From positions 30,178 to 94,177 of IMG/VR virus record IMGVR_UViG_3300032332_001507: a stretch of DNA of 64,000 nucleotides; one strand, 5' to 3'. This DNA is from a virus. Lineage: Duplodnaviria; Caudoviricetes. The first letter of the stretch is position 1. The number at the start of each line of letters is the position of its first letter. This document shows positions 54,599 through 64,000 of the stretch, one piece after another. The notes under the pieces were generated by a model. It saw only the letters and a program-made list of their open reading frames with translations, searched no databases and had not been told where the DNA came from. The position numbers and the translations under genes are program-made.

Positions 54599-56179
54599 AT
54601 GACTTCGTTTTCTCGACGACCTAGAACAGTTCAAAATATAAATGATCCTAATTGGTTTTTAAGTACTAATGCTCAAGGAGATTTTAATACTATATCCGCC
54701 GATCAAAGTGGATACGGAATTTTATCCGCGGCTGAAAAAAATAGTACTTATATAGCTTATTTTGATGGAATAGGAGGAACTACACCTGAATTAATTAATC
54801 AAACAGGATTTTTTATAAAATACTTAATAGATGAACAAGGTAATGTTTCTCAACCTACCCCAGATAGTATTGCTTTATTAAATCTAAATACTATATTCCA
54901 AGGCAACTCAGCTATAGTTGAGTCTCAAGATGCAACTCAAACTCTATCTAATTTAATAGGAGAACATAGTGTAACAGACATAGGTACTATTCAACCATTA
55001 TTAATTACAGAAACTGGTTCTAATCCTAATAACTATATACCTACAATGAGTTTTGCTCAATATGGTGCTTTAGTATTAACAGGAACACAACCACCTAATT
55101 ATACTTTTTTAATTAAAAAACCTACTAGTGGTCAGTTTGAAGTAGCATTTCAAGATTATTACATAGGATCAGGCTCATCAGCATTTTCATTCACATCAGT
55201 AATAAATTCTAACCCTAGATGGAATGGTTATGCGGGTGCTGAAGGTTCCCGTCAATATGGAGCTTATACTTTTACTGAAAATACTGGAGATTTCAATGTT
55301 GAAGTTAGTTTCCAATTTAAAATAGCAGCTGTAAGATACACAGATTCTCAAGCAGCATCATCATTCTATATGCGTATAGAATATTTACCTAATGGAAGTT
55401 CAACATGGGAAAGATTACCAAGTACTAATATATCTACTACTAATGGAGTAACCCCAGTAGCAATTTACGGGCAAATAATTCCAAATGCTGAGTTACAAAC
55501 ATCAGTTACTTATACTAATGTTACAAGATATATGGGGATGCAATCTATCCCAAAACAATTTTACAATGGTGATAAAGTTAGATTTTTTGTATGGACACAA
55601 GCAGCATCAAGTGGGTATCCTAATGTTTATATATATGGGTTAGACCAATCCCAATGGTCCTCAATTGCAGCCACAACCAACTATTCTGGAGAACTCCAAA
55701 CTACATCCTCATATTGGGCTGGAGCTACTTTTCCTACAGATGGAAAAACTCCCCAATATTTAACAGCATCAATAGGGTTATCTGGATTTATAAATAATGA
55801 TATGGTCCAAATTACTCCTACAGCATCTTTAAGTATGAGTTTTAGTCCAATAATATCCCCAGCCAATATTCAACCTGGTGATAATATTAGATTTGAATAT
55901 GATCTTTCTAAAGTATCTAAAATATATGATATATCATCTTTAGATGATGGTCGTACAACTTTTAAGATATACCCTGCTATACCTACTGGATCAAAATTAG
56001 ACCATTTTGTGATATATAGAGTAGTTAATGATGGTAATTATGTTATATTAAATGCTAAAAAAGAATCAGGTGGGACTATGACAGGATTTTTAAAACCAAA
56101 ATATATATCTAAAACATTACAAGATAACCTACCTACTATAATTAATAATCTTAAAAGAGATGGAGTAATACCATCATAA
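54599..56179 (+). CDS. Structural protein (tail/baseplate region)
   Basis: S/T/G/aromatic-rich ORF in structural block. Confidence 0.55.
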   Translation: MTSFSRRPRTVQNINDPNWFLSTNAQGDFNTISADQSGYGILSAAEKNSTYIAYFDGIGGTTPELINQTGFFIKYLIDEQGNVSQPTPDSIALLNLNTIFQGNSAIVESQDATQTLSNLIGEHSVTDIGTIQPLLITETGSNPNNYIPTMSFAQYGALVLTGTQPPNYTFLIKKPTSGQFEVAFQDYYIGSGSSAFSFTSVINSNPRWNGYAGAEGSRQYGAYTFTENTGDFNVEVSFQFKIAAVRYTDSQAASSFYMRIEYLPNGSSTWERLPSTNISTTNGVTPVAIYGQIIPNAELQTSVTYTNVTRYMGMQSIPKQFYNGDKVRFFVWTQAASSGYPNVYIYGLDQSQWSSIAATTNYSGELQTTSSYWAGATFPTDGKTPQYLTASIGLSGFINNDMVQITPTASLSMSFSPIISPANIQPGDNIRFEYDLSKVSKIYDISSLDDGRTTFKIYPAIPTGSKLDHFVIYRVVNDGNYVILNAKKESGGTMTGFLKPKYISKTLQDNLPTIINNLKRDGVIPS

Positions 56180-56223
56180 AAAACGCAATTTAATATATTT
56201 ATAAAAGACAATAATAAAAAAAT

Positions 56224-56880
56224 ATGGGATATTTAAATAACCAAATAGTAACAGTTGATGCTATCTTAACAAAAAAAGGTAGAGAATTATTAGCTAAAAA
56301 CGACGGATCATTCCGAATCACACAATTTGCATTTTCTGATGACGAAATTGATTATACACTTTACAATCCAAATAATGCATCCGGATCAGCATACTATGGA
56401 CAAGCTATTGAAAACATGCCTTTATTAGAAGCGTTTCCTGATGAAACACAAATAATGAAGTATTTACTCACTACATTACCTCGTGGAACATCTAAAATGC
56501 CTATTCTTAATATTGGTTATACTAATATAGTATTAAAACAAGGAGCTTCATTATCAATCACTCCTCAAACATTAAATTATTTAGGTGGAGGAAATACATT
56601 CGAATCATCAGGTTATAACTTCACTATTGGTGATGTTAGAACAATGAGTGTATTTAATGGTGTTGGTATCAATACAGATCAAGCTACATCTTTAAACTCA
56701 ACAACTACTCTTGGAACTAACGTTTCTAAAACAGTGATTGGTACTACATTAAACATGACTGGTACTACAATCAATACATTATTTGGATCAGCTACAACTT
56801 TACAAACAGTATTAATTGTACAAGGTAGAGATAGTGGAGCTAGAATTACTGTCCCAATCACTATAACAAAAGTTAGCTAA
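56224..56880 (+). CDS. Structural protein, tail-collar/baseplate-like
   Basis: ILTKKGRELLA...ITQFAFSDDEIDY. Confidence 0.6.
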   Translation: MGYLNNQIVTVDAILTKKGRELLAKNDGSFRITQFAFSDDEIDYTLYNPNNASGSAYYGQAIENMPLLEAFPDETQIMKYLLTTLPRGTSKMPILNIGYTNIVLKQGASLSITPQTLNYLGGGNTFESSGYNFTIGDVRTMSVFNGVGINTDQATSLNSTTTLGTNVSKTVIGTTLNMTGTTINTLFGSATTLQTVLIVQGRDSGARITVPITITKVS

Positions 56881-56899
56881 TAAAATATTATAAAAAAAT

Positions 56900-57946
56900 A
56901 TGTCATTTAAAACATTAGAATCCCAAGATTTTTTAGTAAGTGCAGATAGTATAACAGCACCAGCTTGGACAGGATATACTCCTTCATTAACAGCAATGTA
57001 TACTTCCTCAACACAAATTGCAGGAACATCTGGAAATTATTACATAAACATATATAATACCGATCCTTCATCAGACTCTACAGCTGAAGTACAATTCAAC
57101 ATAGCTTATGGGAACAAATACGGATCAGGATCAGTAGCGTATAATTCTTCATATACAAATTTATCCCCAACTAGAACAGTTTATGGTCAATGGAGAAATT
57201 TAATATATGGAGATGAAAACACTGATTTTACATTTGGTAGTGTAATTCCCAACCAACAAGATTTTTATGTTATAGCAATTGACAGAGCTAGATATAAACA
57301 ATCATTATTTCCTGGATCATTAAATTTAACATTATATAGTGGTTCTCAAACTAGAGTTTTAACAGATAATAGTGCTGTAACAACAACTGTATCATATTGT
57401 GACGCTGGTAGAGTATACCAAATAGTCTCAGGCAGCTCTGGAACCCCATACAGTGGAACAGGATACACTACTAATTCAGGATCATACGGCTTATTCTTAC
57501 CAGATGTAGGAACAATTATATTAAACGCCTCAGCTTTAGATTTATCATTTGCTAGTGGTGGTATTGCTTTAAATACAAGACGAAACTCAAATGCAGCTGA
57601 TAATAATCCAAGTCGACTATACTCAACAGGATCAGGTAAGATTGGTATAGCTACAGGTTCATATACAAGTTCATTTTCATTAAACTCACAAGAAACTATA
57701 ACATCAGATTTTGTATTCTGTAGAGCTAGAAATGCTGAATTTAACTATACTGAAAATCCAAGCTTTATCTCAGGTAGTACTGGGGCTGTATTATATGATT
57801 TATTTGTAAATAATCCAACAACATATATTACAACAGTTGGAATGTATAATGATCAAAATGAATTACTAGCAGTAGCTAAACTATCAAAACCACTTAAAAA
57901 AGACTTTACTAAAGAAGCCTTAATACGTGTTAAATTAGATTTTTAA
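56900..57946 (+). CDS. Structural protein
   Basis: C-terminal YITTVGMYNDQNELLAVAKLSKP; paralogous to next gene. Confidence 0.65.
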   Translation: MSFKTLESQDFLVSADSITAPAWTGYTPSLTAMYTSSTQIAGTSGNYYINIYNTDPSSDSTAEVQFNIAYGNKYGSGSVAYNSSYTNLSPTRTVYGQWRNLIYGDENTDFTFGSVIPNQQDFYVIAIDRARYKQSLFPGSLNLTLYSGSQTRVLTDNSAVTTTVSYCDAGRVYQIVSGSSGTPYSGTGYTTNSGSYGLFLPDVGTIILNASALDLSFASGGIALNTRRNSNAADNNPSRLYSTGSGKIGIATGSYTSSFSLNSQETITSDFVFCRARNAEFNYTENPSFISGSTGAVLYDLFVNNPTTYITTVGMYNDQNELLAVAKLSKPLKKDFTKEALIRVKLDF

Positions 57947-57949
57947 TGA

Positions 57950-58957
57950 ATGGGTGCATTCAAACAATTTTTAAGTACAGATGTAACTGTAGTTCCGTTT
58001 GTTGTTAACAAAAGTTTTTACTTTGAGGGAACAGCATCTATGGATAATGTTAATATTAGGAGATTCCTAGGACAAAATACATCTTATTTATCATCCTTAG
58101 ATTCTCAATCTAATTCTTACCAATCCCAATCCTCAGCATTATTATATAATTCTATAAAACAACTATATTATACAAACTATATACCTACACCATCACAATC
58201 TCAAGCTCCTGCTCCAGTTTATGATTATAATGGTAATTTAATTAGTGATTTTACTTCTTCTGCTACAAATGCTAGATTTTATAATTATGAACAAACAACA
58301 TTATTTCAAACTGGATCTGATAGTTATTCTTCACAATATGGATATAGTAGATATTTCCCAACTCAATCATCAGCAGAGATAAGTATATTATCTATACCTA
58401 AAAATTTATTTGGAGATTATATTAACCCTAATTCATTTTATTTAAAATATTACTCAATAGATGATGGATATTATATCATAGTTACAGATAATGGAAATGG
58501 AATACTATCATTTAACAATAATTCTTCTCCAACATATGGTATTATCACTTATCAACATGGGTTAGTATCATTTAATCAAGGATGGGATGATGAGATTGCT
58601 AATTGGATATTAGGTTCAGGAACATTTATAACTTGTAGTTTTCAAAGCTCAAGAACAATATTTGAAACCCAATACAAATGTACTATTAGACCTGACGAAT
58701 TTAATTATTCATCTAATCCTAGTCTCCAACCCACTGGATCAGCAGTATTCTTTTCAGGTTCAATTTGGACAAATTATACCTCTTCAAATACTGGAACTCT
58801 TAGAGATTTTGCAACTGGATCATATTTTGCTCCATATGTTACAACCATAGGATTATACAATGAAGCCCAAGAACTATTAGCAGTAGCTAAACTAGCTCAA
58901 CCCCTTCCAACAAGTAGAACAACTGACACCACAATAGTTATTAATATAGATAGATAG
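57950..58957 (+). CDS. Structural protein (paralog of 56900)
   Basis: C-terminal YVTTIGLYNEAQELLAVAKLAQP. Confidence 0.65.
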   Translation: MGAFKQFLSTDVTVVPFVVNKSFYFEGTASMDNVNIRRFLGQNTSYLSSLDSQSNSYQSQSSALLYNSIKQLYYTNYIPTPSQSQAPAPVYDYNGNLISDFTSSATNARFYNYEQTTLFQTGSDSYSSQYGYSRYFPTQSSAEISILSIPKNLFGDYINPNSFYLKYYSIDDGYYIIVTDNGNGILSFNNNSSPTYGIITYQHGLVSFNQGWDDEIANWILGSGTFITCSFQSSRTIFETQYKCTIRPDEFNYSSNPSLQPTGSAVFFSGSIWTNYTSSNTGTLRDFATGSYFAPYVTTIGLYNEAQELLAVAKLAQPLPTSRTTDTTIVINIDR

Positions 58958-58964
58958 ATAAGTT

Positions 58965-59432
58965 ATGAGTAAATGGTTATATAAAGGTAAAGAAATAAAT
59001 GATATAGAAGATTTTGGAGACCAAACTCCATTTGGGTTTGTTTATATAATAAAAAATATCACTACCGATAAAATATATATAGGTAAAAAATTTCTGCAAC
59101 ATAAGAAAACTAAAAAACTAGGTAAAAAAGCCATAGCTGAACAAACTGGCCCTGGTCGTAAGAAAACCAAAGAAGTCACTTACGCTGAATCAGATTGGAA
59201 AACATATTGGGGTAGCTGTAAACCACTTCATAATGATATAACTTTATTTGGTGAGGATAAATTTTATAAAGAAATCCTAGAACTAGCATGGACATCAAAA
59301 CACTTATCATATCTTGAAGCTAAATATCAATTTACATTAAATTGTCTAGAAGAAGATAATTACAACGATAACATACAAGGACGATATTTCAAAAAAGATT
59401 TGGCATCACCACATCTTGTTGATATATTGTAA
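58965..59432 (+). CDS. GIY-YIG nuclease (T4 endonuclease II/Seg-like)
   Basis: GFVY...YIGKK...ESDWKTYWGS...YNDNI. Confidence 0.8.
   Translation: MSKWLYKGKEINDIEDFGDQTPFGFVYIIKNITTDKIYIGKKFLQHKKTKKLGKKAIAEQTGPGRKKTKEVTYAESDWKTYWGSCKPLHNDITLFGEDKFYKEILELAWTSKHLSYLEAKYQFTLNCLEEDNYNDNIQGRYFKKDLASPHLVDIL
59400..59430 (+). promoter_or_regulatory. Variant early/middle promoter, likely leaderless
   Basis: TTGG-N19-TATATTGT, ATG 4 nt later. Confidence 0.55.
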
Positions 59433-59434
59433 GT

Positions 59435-60367
59435 ATGGTAAATCAAGCTTTAGTAGCTACATTGAATTCGGTATTAGGTAATGGTAAGAAAACCTCTAAA
59501 GGTAATTTCGCTTACCATTGTCCATTCTGCAATCACCATAAACCAAAACTAGAAGTTAATTTAACTGAAAGTGAAAAAGGTGAACACCCATGGCACTGTT
59601 GGGTATGTGATAAAAGAGGTAAAAGTTTAGTTAAACTATTTAAATTAATAGAAGCTCCTAATGATAAAATAACAGAAATAAAATCACTAGTTAAATACAC
59701 ATCAGGTAATTTTGAAATAACATTAACTGAGAAGAAAGTAGAATTACCTAAAGAATTTAAATCTCTCGCTGTAGAGGGTAATAGCATTGAATATAAGCAT
59801 GCTATTAGCTATTTAAAACGCAGGAATATCACCCTTAACGACATTATAAAATATAACATAGGCTATTGTGAATCTGGTATTTACGCTAACTGTATTGTAA
59901 TACCCTCATATGATGAAAGTGGAAGCTTAAATTATTTTACAGCTAGAAACTTTAGTAAATCATCATCTATAAAATATAAAAATCCCGATGTATCTAGAGA
60001 TATCATACCATTTGAATTATTTATAAACTGGAATTTACCAATTGTTATATGTGAAGGACCATTTGATGCGTTAGCTATTAAACGCAATGTTATCCCGTTA
60101 TTAGGTAAAAATATTCAAAAAAGTTTAAGAAAAAAATTAGTAACATCTAAGGTACAAAAAATATATATAGCGTTAGATAAAGACGCTATTAAACAAGCTC
60201 TTTCATTCTGTGAAGAGCTAATCAATGAAGGTAAAGAAGTATATTTAGTAGATATGGAGGATAAAGACCCAAGTGAAATGGGATTTGAAAATTTTACAAA
60301 TCTCATCCAACATACTATTCCACTAACATTCTCAGACTTATTTGAGAAAAAATTACAATTAATATGA
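59435..60367 (+). CDS. DNA primase (zinc finger + TOPRIM)
   Basis: CPFC...HCWVC, EGPFDAL, LDKDA, KDPSE. Confidence 0.88.
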   Translation: MVNQALVATLNSVLGNGKKTSKGNFAYHCPFCNHHKPKLEVNLTESEKGEHPWHCWVCDKRGKSLVKLFKLIEAPNDKITEIKSLVKYTSGNFEITLTEKKVELPKEFKSLAVEGNSIEYKHAISYLKRRNITLNDIIKYNIGYCESGIYANCIVIPSYDESGSLNYFTARNFSKSSSIKYKNPDVSRDIIPFELFINWNLPIVICEGPFDALAIKRNVIPLLGKNIQKSLRKKLVTSKVQKIYIALDKDAIKQALSFCEELINEGKEVYLVDMEDKDPSEMGFENFTNLIQHTIPLTFSDLFEKKLQLI

Positions 60368-61155
60368 TTGAAAGGAATTCAAACATTTATAAAAAATCAT
60401 TAAGTAGGATACTAGAAATTGATCCTAACTCAAAACGAGTACAAATTTTAGATCAAAGATTTTATACTAGACATGATAAACATTATCCATCTGTTACTAG
60501 TATTTTACAATTTATGCCTAAAGGTAAATTTTTTGAAACCTGGCTTAAAGATGTAGGTCATAACGCGGATATTATTGCCCGTAAAGCAGCTGATGAAGGT
60601 ACTCAAGTTCACGAAATGATTGAAAAATATCTAGAAGGTGAAAAAATTGAATGGTTAGACGAACGCGGTCAAACAACTTGTTCTTTAGAAGCATGGAAAA
60701 TGCTTTTAAAATTTGTTGAATTTTGGAGCACATATAAACCAGAATTACTAGGCAGTGAAATACACTTATTCTCAGATGAACACGAATACGCAGGCACAGG
60801 TGACTTAACTGTTAAAATTGAAGACGAAATTTGGCTATTAGATATCAAAACATCAAACTCACTCCACACTAGCTACGATCTACAGTTAGCAGCATATGCT
60901 AAAGCGTGGAATGAAACATTTGAAGAAAAAGTTACACGTACTGGTATATTGTGGTTAAAGTCATCTAAACGTGGTGAGGATAAAAAAGGAAAAACCATAC
61001 AAGGTAAAGGATGGGAAGTATATGAATCATCTCGTACTATAAATGAAAATATGGAATTGTTTTTAAAAATATATGATTTATATAAATTGGAAAACCCTAA
61101 CGATAAACCATCTACTAATAACTTTCCAACATCTGTACAACTTGGGGATGTTTAA
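60364..61155 (+). CDS. PD-(D/E)xK exonuclease (Cas4/RecB-like phage family)
   Basis: YPSVTSIL, GTQVH, AGTGD...DIKTS, QLAAY. Confidence 0.85.
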   Translation: MIERNSNIYKKSLSRILEIDPNSKRVQILDQRFYTRHDKHYPSVTSILQFMPKGKFFETWLKDVGHNADIIARKAADEGTQVHEMIEKYLEGEKIEWLDERGQTTCSLEAWKMLLKFVEFWSTYKPELLGSEIHLFSDEHEYAGTGDLTVKIEDEIWLLDIKTSNSLHTSYDLQLAAYAKAWNETFEEKVTRTGILWLKSSKRGEDKKGKTIQGKGWEVYESSRTINENMELFLKIYDLYKLENPNDKPSTNNFPTSVQLGDV

Positions 61156-61178
61156 TATTTATAGTAAACTGACTATTA

Positions 61179-62006
61179 ATGTTTACAAAAGAAAATTTAA
61201 TACCTAAATTAACAGAAGGGTTAGTTAAACCTTTTATTTCTGATTTTAAAGCCAAACCCCAAATAGTAGAAAATATAATATTACCTTTAAATGAAAGTAA
61301 AAAAGTAGTATCTGAAAAGATTCAAGGTGATAGTATAGTTTGTGATAGTTGTGGTTGGACATGGGAAATAAAAGATGGTGGGAGTGATTTATATAACTGC
61401 CATAAATGTGGCCATGATAATACTCCTACCCCTAAAAAAACAAACAATTTTTTTGAACCAATACAACACAAAAATCTAGATCTTAATATATCATCAGAAC
61501 TCAGCAGAGTCGACTATTATAAAGACCATATACAGAATGTTATCCCATCTGATTTTAAAGTAGAAAAAAACAAAGATAAAATTGTTGTGTCAAATATTAA
61601 ACCAAAAACAGGATTAGAGAATAATTTAGAATTTAAAGAATTACTAGTATCTTTAACAATGTATATGATGGATCAAATTAACATTGAACCATTACCTGAT
61701 TTAGTATTTGTTGAAGATGATACTAAGAATGCTAAAAATATGTTAGGTAGAACAGCTCATTATAACCACAATGATAAATGTATAACATTGTACACTTATG
61801 GACGTCATCCAAAAGATATATTACGTTCATATGCTCATGAGATGATTCATCATAAGCAAAATTTAGAAGGCAGATTACAAAATCAAATTAACACCCAAAA
61901 TATAAACGAAGACGATTATCTAAAGGAAATTGAAGAAGAAGCATATCGATTAGGCAACGGATTACTATTTAGAGGATGGGAAAATTCAATAAAAGAAAAT
62001 GAGTAA
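61179..62006 (+). CDS. Zn-ribbon + HEXXH zincin-like late protein
   Basis: CDSC...CHKC; RSYAHEMIHHKQ...EEEAY; ATATTTAT at 61155. Confidence 0.65.
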   Translation: MFTKENLIPKLTEGLVKPFISDFKAKPQIVENIILPLNESKKVVSEKIQGDSIVCDSCGWTWEIKDGGSDLYNCHKCGHDNTPTPKKTNNFFEPIQHKNLDLNISSELSRVDYYKDHIQNVIPSDFKVEKNKDKIVVSNIKPKTGLENNLEFKELLVSLTMYMMDQINIEPLPDLVFVEDDTKNAKNMLGRTAHYNHNDKCITLYTYGRHPKDILRSYAHEMIHHKQNLEGRLQNQINTQNINEDDYLKEIEEEAYRLGNGLLFRGWENSIKENE

Positions 62007-62550
62007 ATATAGTTTAGTAAAATTAATGGAGAATGAAGAGGATGGAGCAACCGGTAGAGTAGCATTATCTCAAGATATAGTATTGTATCCAAAAGGAGAA
62101 ACAACTATTACTCAAATAGAAAATGCTCTTAAAGATAAAGCAAATTATAAAAAAGTATTTACTGAGCTTTCTACTGATAAATTAGAAGGGCGCTTTGGTC
62201 CTCAACTACCTAATGTTAAAAAATCAATGCAAGAAAAATTTAAGACAGAAACAAAAGAAAACTGGATGAATATTTTTGCAAAGTATAAAGGTCTTGAAGA
62301 AAAATACCAGACATTAGAAAATAATAATGGAAACTTTTACCTTAGAACCCCAGCTAATATAGAACAGTTTAAACAAGAGTTAAAAAATCTTGGAGAATTT
62401 GTCTATACTTTAGATGGAGATTCTTTAAGATTTTCTCAATCCGAAAATAGTAAAAAGGGAATTATATTAAGTCAATTAGAAAGTAGTTTAAATAAAATCC
62501 TTAATAGTGCTGGATTACAATACAAATTACGTTACGAATATTCAAAATAA
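61999..62550 (+). CDS. Hypothetical protein
   Basis: Tiled ORF. Confidence 0.6.
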   Translation: MSKYSLVKLMENEEDGATGRVALSQDIVLYPKGETTITQIENALKDKANYKKVFTELSTDKLEGRFGPQLPNVKKSMQEKFKTETKENWMNIFAKYKGLEEKYQTLENNNGNFYLRTPANIEQFKQELKNLGEFVYTLDGDSLRFSQSENSKKGIILSQLESSLNKILNSAGLQYKLRYEYSK

Positions 62551-62555
62551 CAGTT

Positions 62556-63125
62556 ATGTCAGGAAATGTTTTAAAAAAAGAATTTAAAGAGAAAGATGTA
62601 CAACGCCTCCGCAACCTAATCCAGGGTAAGCATGGTGAAAAAGCCACTATAGGTACGGGTTATACTAAAAAACAAGAATTTCATGAAGAAGGAGATGTAT
62701 GGGAAGAAGATGGACGTTCTTGGACTATTAAAGATGGTATTAAACAGAATATTACTCGTTTAGATAAAGCAAAAGAGTCATTACATTTGCCATTATTCTG
62801 CCCATGTTGTAATAACGTGATGAAACCTCACCTAGATAAACGCTTCTACATCCAGTACCATAGATGTTTTAATTGCCAGGTAGACTTTGAAGCAGATCTT
62901 AGAAAAAGAGGCTTATTAGAAGAATATGAAAAATTTATAACCAATTCAGACATTGATGGTGTAATTCATGAATTCAATATATGGATAGATGAAGAAATAA
63001 ACGCATCTAATCAATCCTGGATTACAGAAGCAGGTGATATTGAAAAATGGAATGGATCTTCTAAAGACAAATTATTACAAAATAAAGAAGAAACCATTAA
63101 GTACCTCGAGAGTTTAAAAAAATAA
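62556..63125 (+). CDS. Zinc-binding hypothetical protein
   Basis: CPCC...CFNC. Confidence 0.6.
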   Translation: MSGNVLKKEFKEKDVQRLRNLIQGKHGEKATIGTGYTKKQEFHEEGDVWEEDGRSWTIKDGIKQNITRLDKAKESLHLPLFCPCCNNVMKPHLDKRFYIQYHRCFNCQVDFEADLRKRGLLEEYEKFITNSDIDGVIHEFNIWIDEEINASNQSWITEAGDIEKWNGSSKDKLLQNKEETIKYLESLKK

Positions 63126-63148
63126 CATATTTATAATAAAATTTAAAC

Positions 63149-63511
63149 ATGGACTTTGTAAAATTAATCTCGTACTTATTTCACTCTCGTACCCAAACTC
63201 ATATCTTCCATTTACAAACACAGTCATTTGCTGAGCATATGGCTTTAAATACTTATTATGATGAAATAGTAGGATTAATTGATGGGTTAGTAGAAGCATA
63301 TCAAGGTAAATATGGTATTGTAAAAGGTTATACTAATTTTAACTTAATGGAGTATAACAATGTTCAACAAGTAATTGAATATTTAGAAGCACTTTGCAAC
63401 GCTGTTTATTCTACTTATGAAAAAGTAGATGATACTTATATCCAAAACTTATTAGACGGTATAACTGAGTTAATCAAATCAACTATCTACAAATTACAGA
63501 ATTTAAGGTAA
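63149..63511 (+). CDS. Ferritin/Dps-like four-helix-bundle protein
   Basis: HIFHLQT...H.AL..YYD...DGLVEAYQG...YKL. Confidence 0.7.
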   Translation: MDFVKLISYLFHSRTQTHIFHLQTQSFAEHMALNTYYDEIVGLIDGLVEAYQGKYGIVKGYTNFNLMEYNNVQQVIEYLEALCNAVYSTYEKVDDTYIQNLLDGITELIKSTIYKLQNLR

Positions 63512-63544
63512 TTAAATATAACATATTTATTATAAAATACAACA

Positions 63545-63916
63545 ATGGAAGATAAATTTAGAAAAGTAATATCTCAATTAGTTCGTGAAGAGCTTTCTTT
63601 AATGGAAAAGAAAAAAAAGAAAGAAGAACCAATAGATTTAGACTTAGACATAGATACACCTACAGGTGACGAAGACATAAATATAGATGATACCGCAGCC
63701 CCAGCTGATGATACTATGGATTTAGGAATCGATAGCGGTATGGATATGGGTGGAGGAACAGGTGATGGAAAAGAAATAGGTAATCACCTACAAGCCGCTT
63801 TAGAAGCAGCTAAAAATATGCCTGACAGCGAAACTAAAAGTAAACTAATCAGACAAATCGGAAATACAGCCTTATTCTTCTTAAAGACTCAAATCCCAAC
63901 AGGAGATCAAGGATAA
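63545..63916 (+). CDS. Acidic late protein, possibly head-associated
   Basis: ATATTTAT at 63523; QLVREELSLME; D/G-rich linker. Confidence 0.55.
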   Translation: MEDKFRKVISQLVREELSLMEKKKKKEEPIDLDLDIDTPTGDEDINIDDTAAPADDTMDLGIDSGMDMGGGTGDGKEIGNHLQAALEAAKNMPDSETKSKLIRQIGNTALFFLKTQIPTGDQG

Positions 63917-64000
63917 TATAAACCAAATAAATAAATCAAATCTATGAACACTCAAGAGTTATTAGAAAAGTTGCATGAATTATTTGAAACACTAACAGCA

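Noticed and set aside
56900-58957. Similar C-termini as a diversity-generating retroelement TR/VR pair
   Set aside because: Protein-level paralogy with general divergence rather than adenine-specific changes; no reverse transcriptase in the window.
60364-61155. Cas4-like nuclease as part of a CRISPR system
   Set aside because: No array or other cas genes; it sits next to primase like a standard phage exonuclease.
421-63299. Other short minus-strand ORFs in the track
   Set aside because: Nested antisense to well-supported + strand genes, with no expression signals.
7374-63530. TATTTATA read as a T4 late promoter (TATAAATA) on the opposite strand
   Set aside because: Motif orientation follows the downstream gene, including the inverted copy for the minus-strand gene, so the sense motif is ATATTTAT.
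1-64000. Stop-codon reassignment
   Set aside because: Genes tile densely under the standard code; TAA, TGA and TAG all end ORFs at sensible boundaries.

Overview
64-kb fragment of a large AT-rich myovirus-like phage genome, almost entirely coded on the + strand. The host is most likely in Bacteroidota, judging by TTGG-N17-CGTATATTTA promoters with the -33/-7 geometry and A-rich leaders without Shine-Dalgarno sites. Layout: (1) 1-5.8 kb, nucleotide-sugar/glycosyltransferase cluster with a split transketolase-like pair; (2) 5.8-31.2 kb, accessory and metabolic genes (ClpP, ThyA, PlcP-like phosphoesterase + GT2 moron, thioesterase, SLT, holin/endolysin candidates, RNA ligase/kinase, phosphoesterases, DNA ligase, DUF932) interleaved with 'late' cassettes preceded by ATATTTAT; (3) 31.6-38.05 kb, a promoter-dense early module bounded by an exact 18-bp direct repeat; (4) 38.8-40.5 kb, tRNA, tRNA-like and structured RNAs; (5) 41-59 kb, HD hydrolase, gp55-like sigma factor and baseplate/tail genes; (6) 59-64 kb, GIY-YIG nuclease, primase, PD-(D/E)xK exonuclease and head-associated proteins. 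The most striking signal is in module 3, whose DNA is compositionally zoned: a G-quadruplex motif, a GATC-dense stretch (about 21 sites in about 1 kb), acidic mini-genes with falling cytosine content ending in a gene and predicted mRNA with zero cytosines (37092-37442), then a CGTA-dense non-coding block. All functional calls come from motif recognition by eye and counts are manual; no database searches were run.
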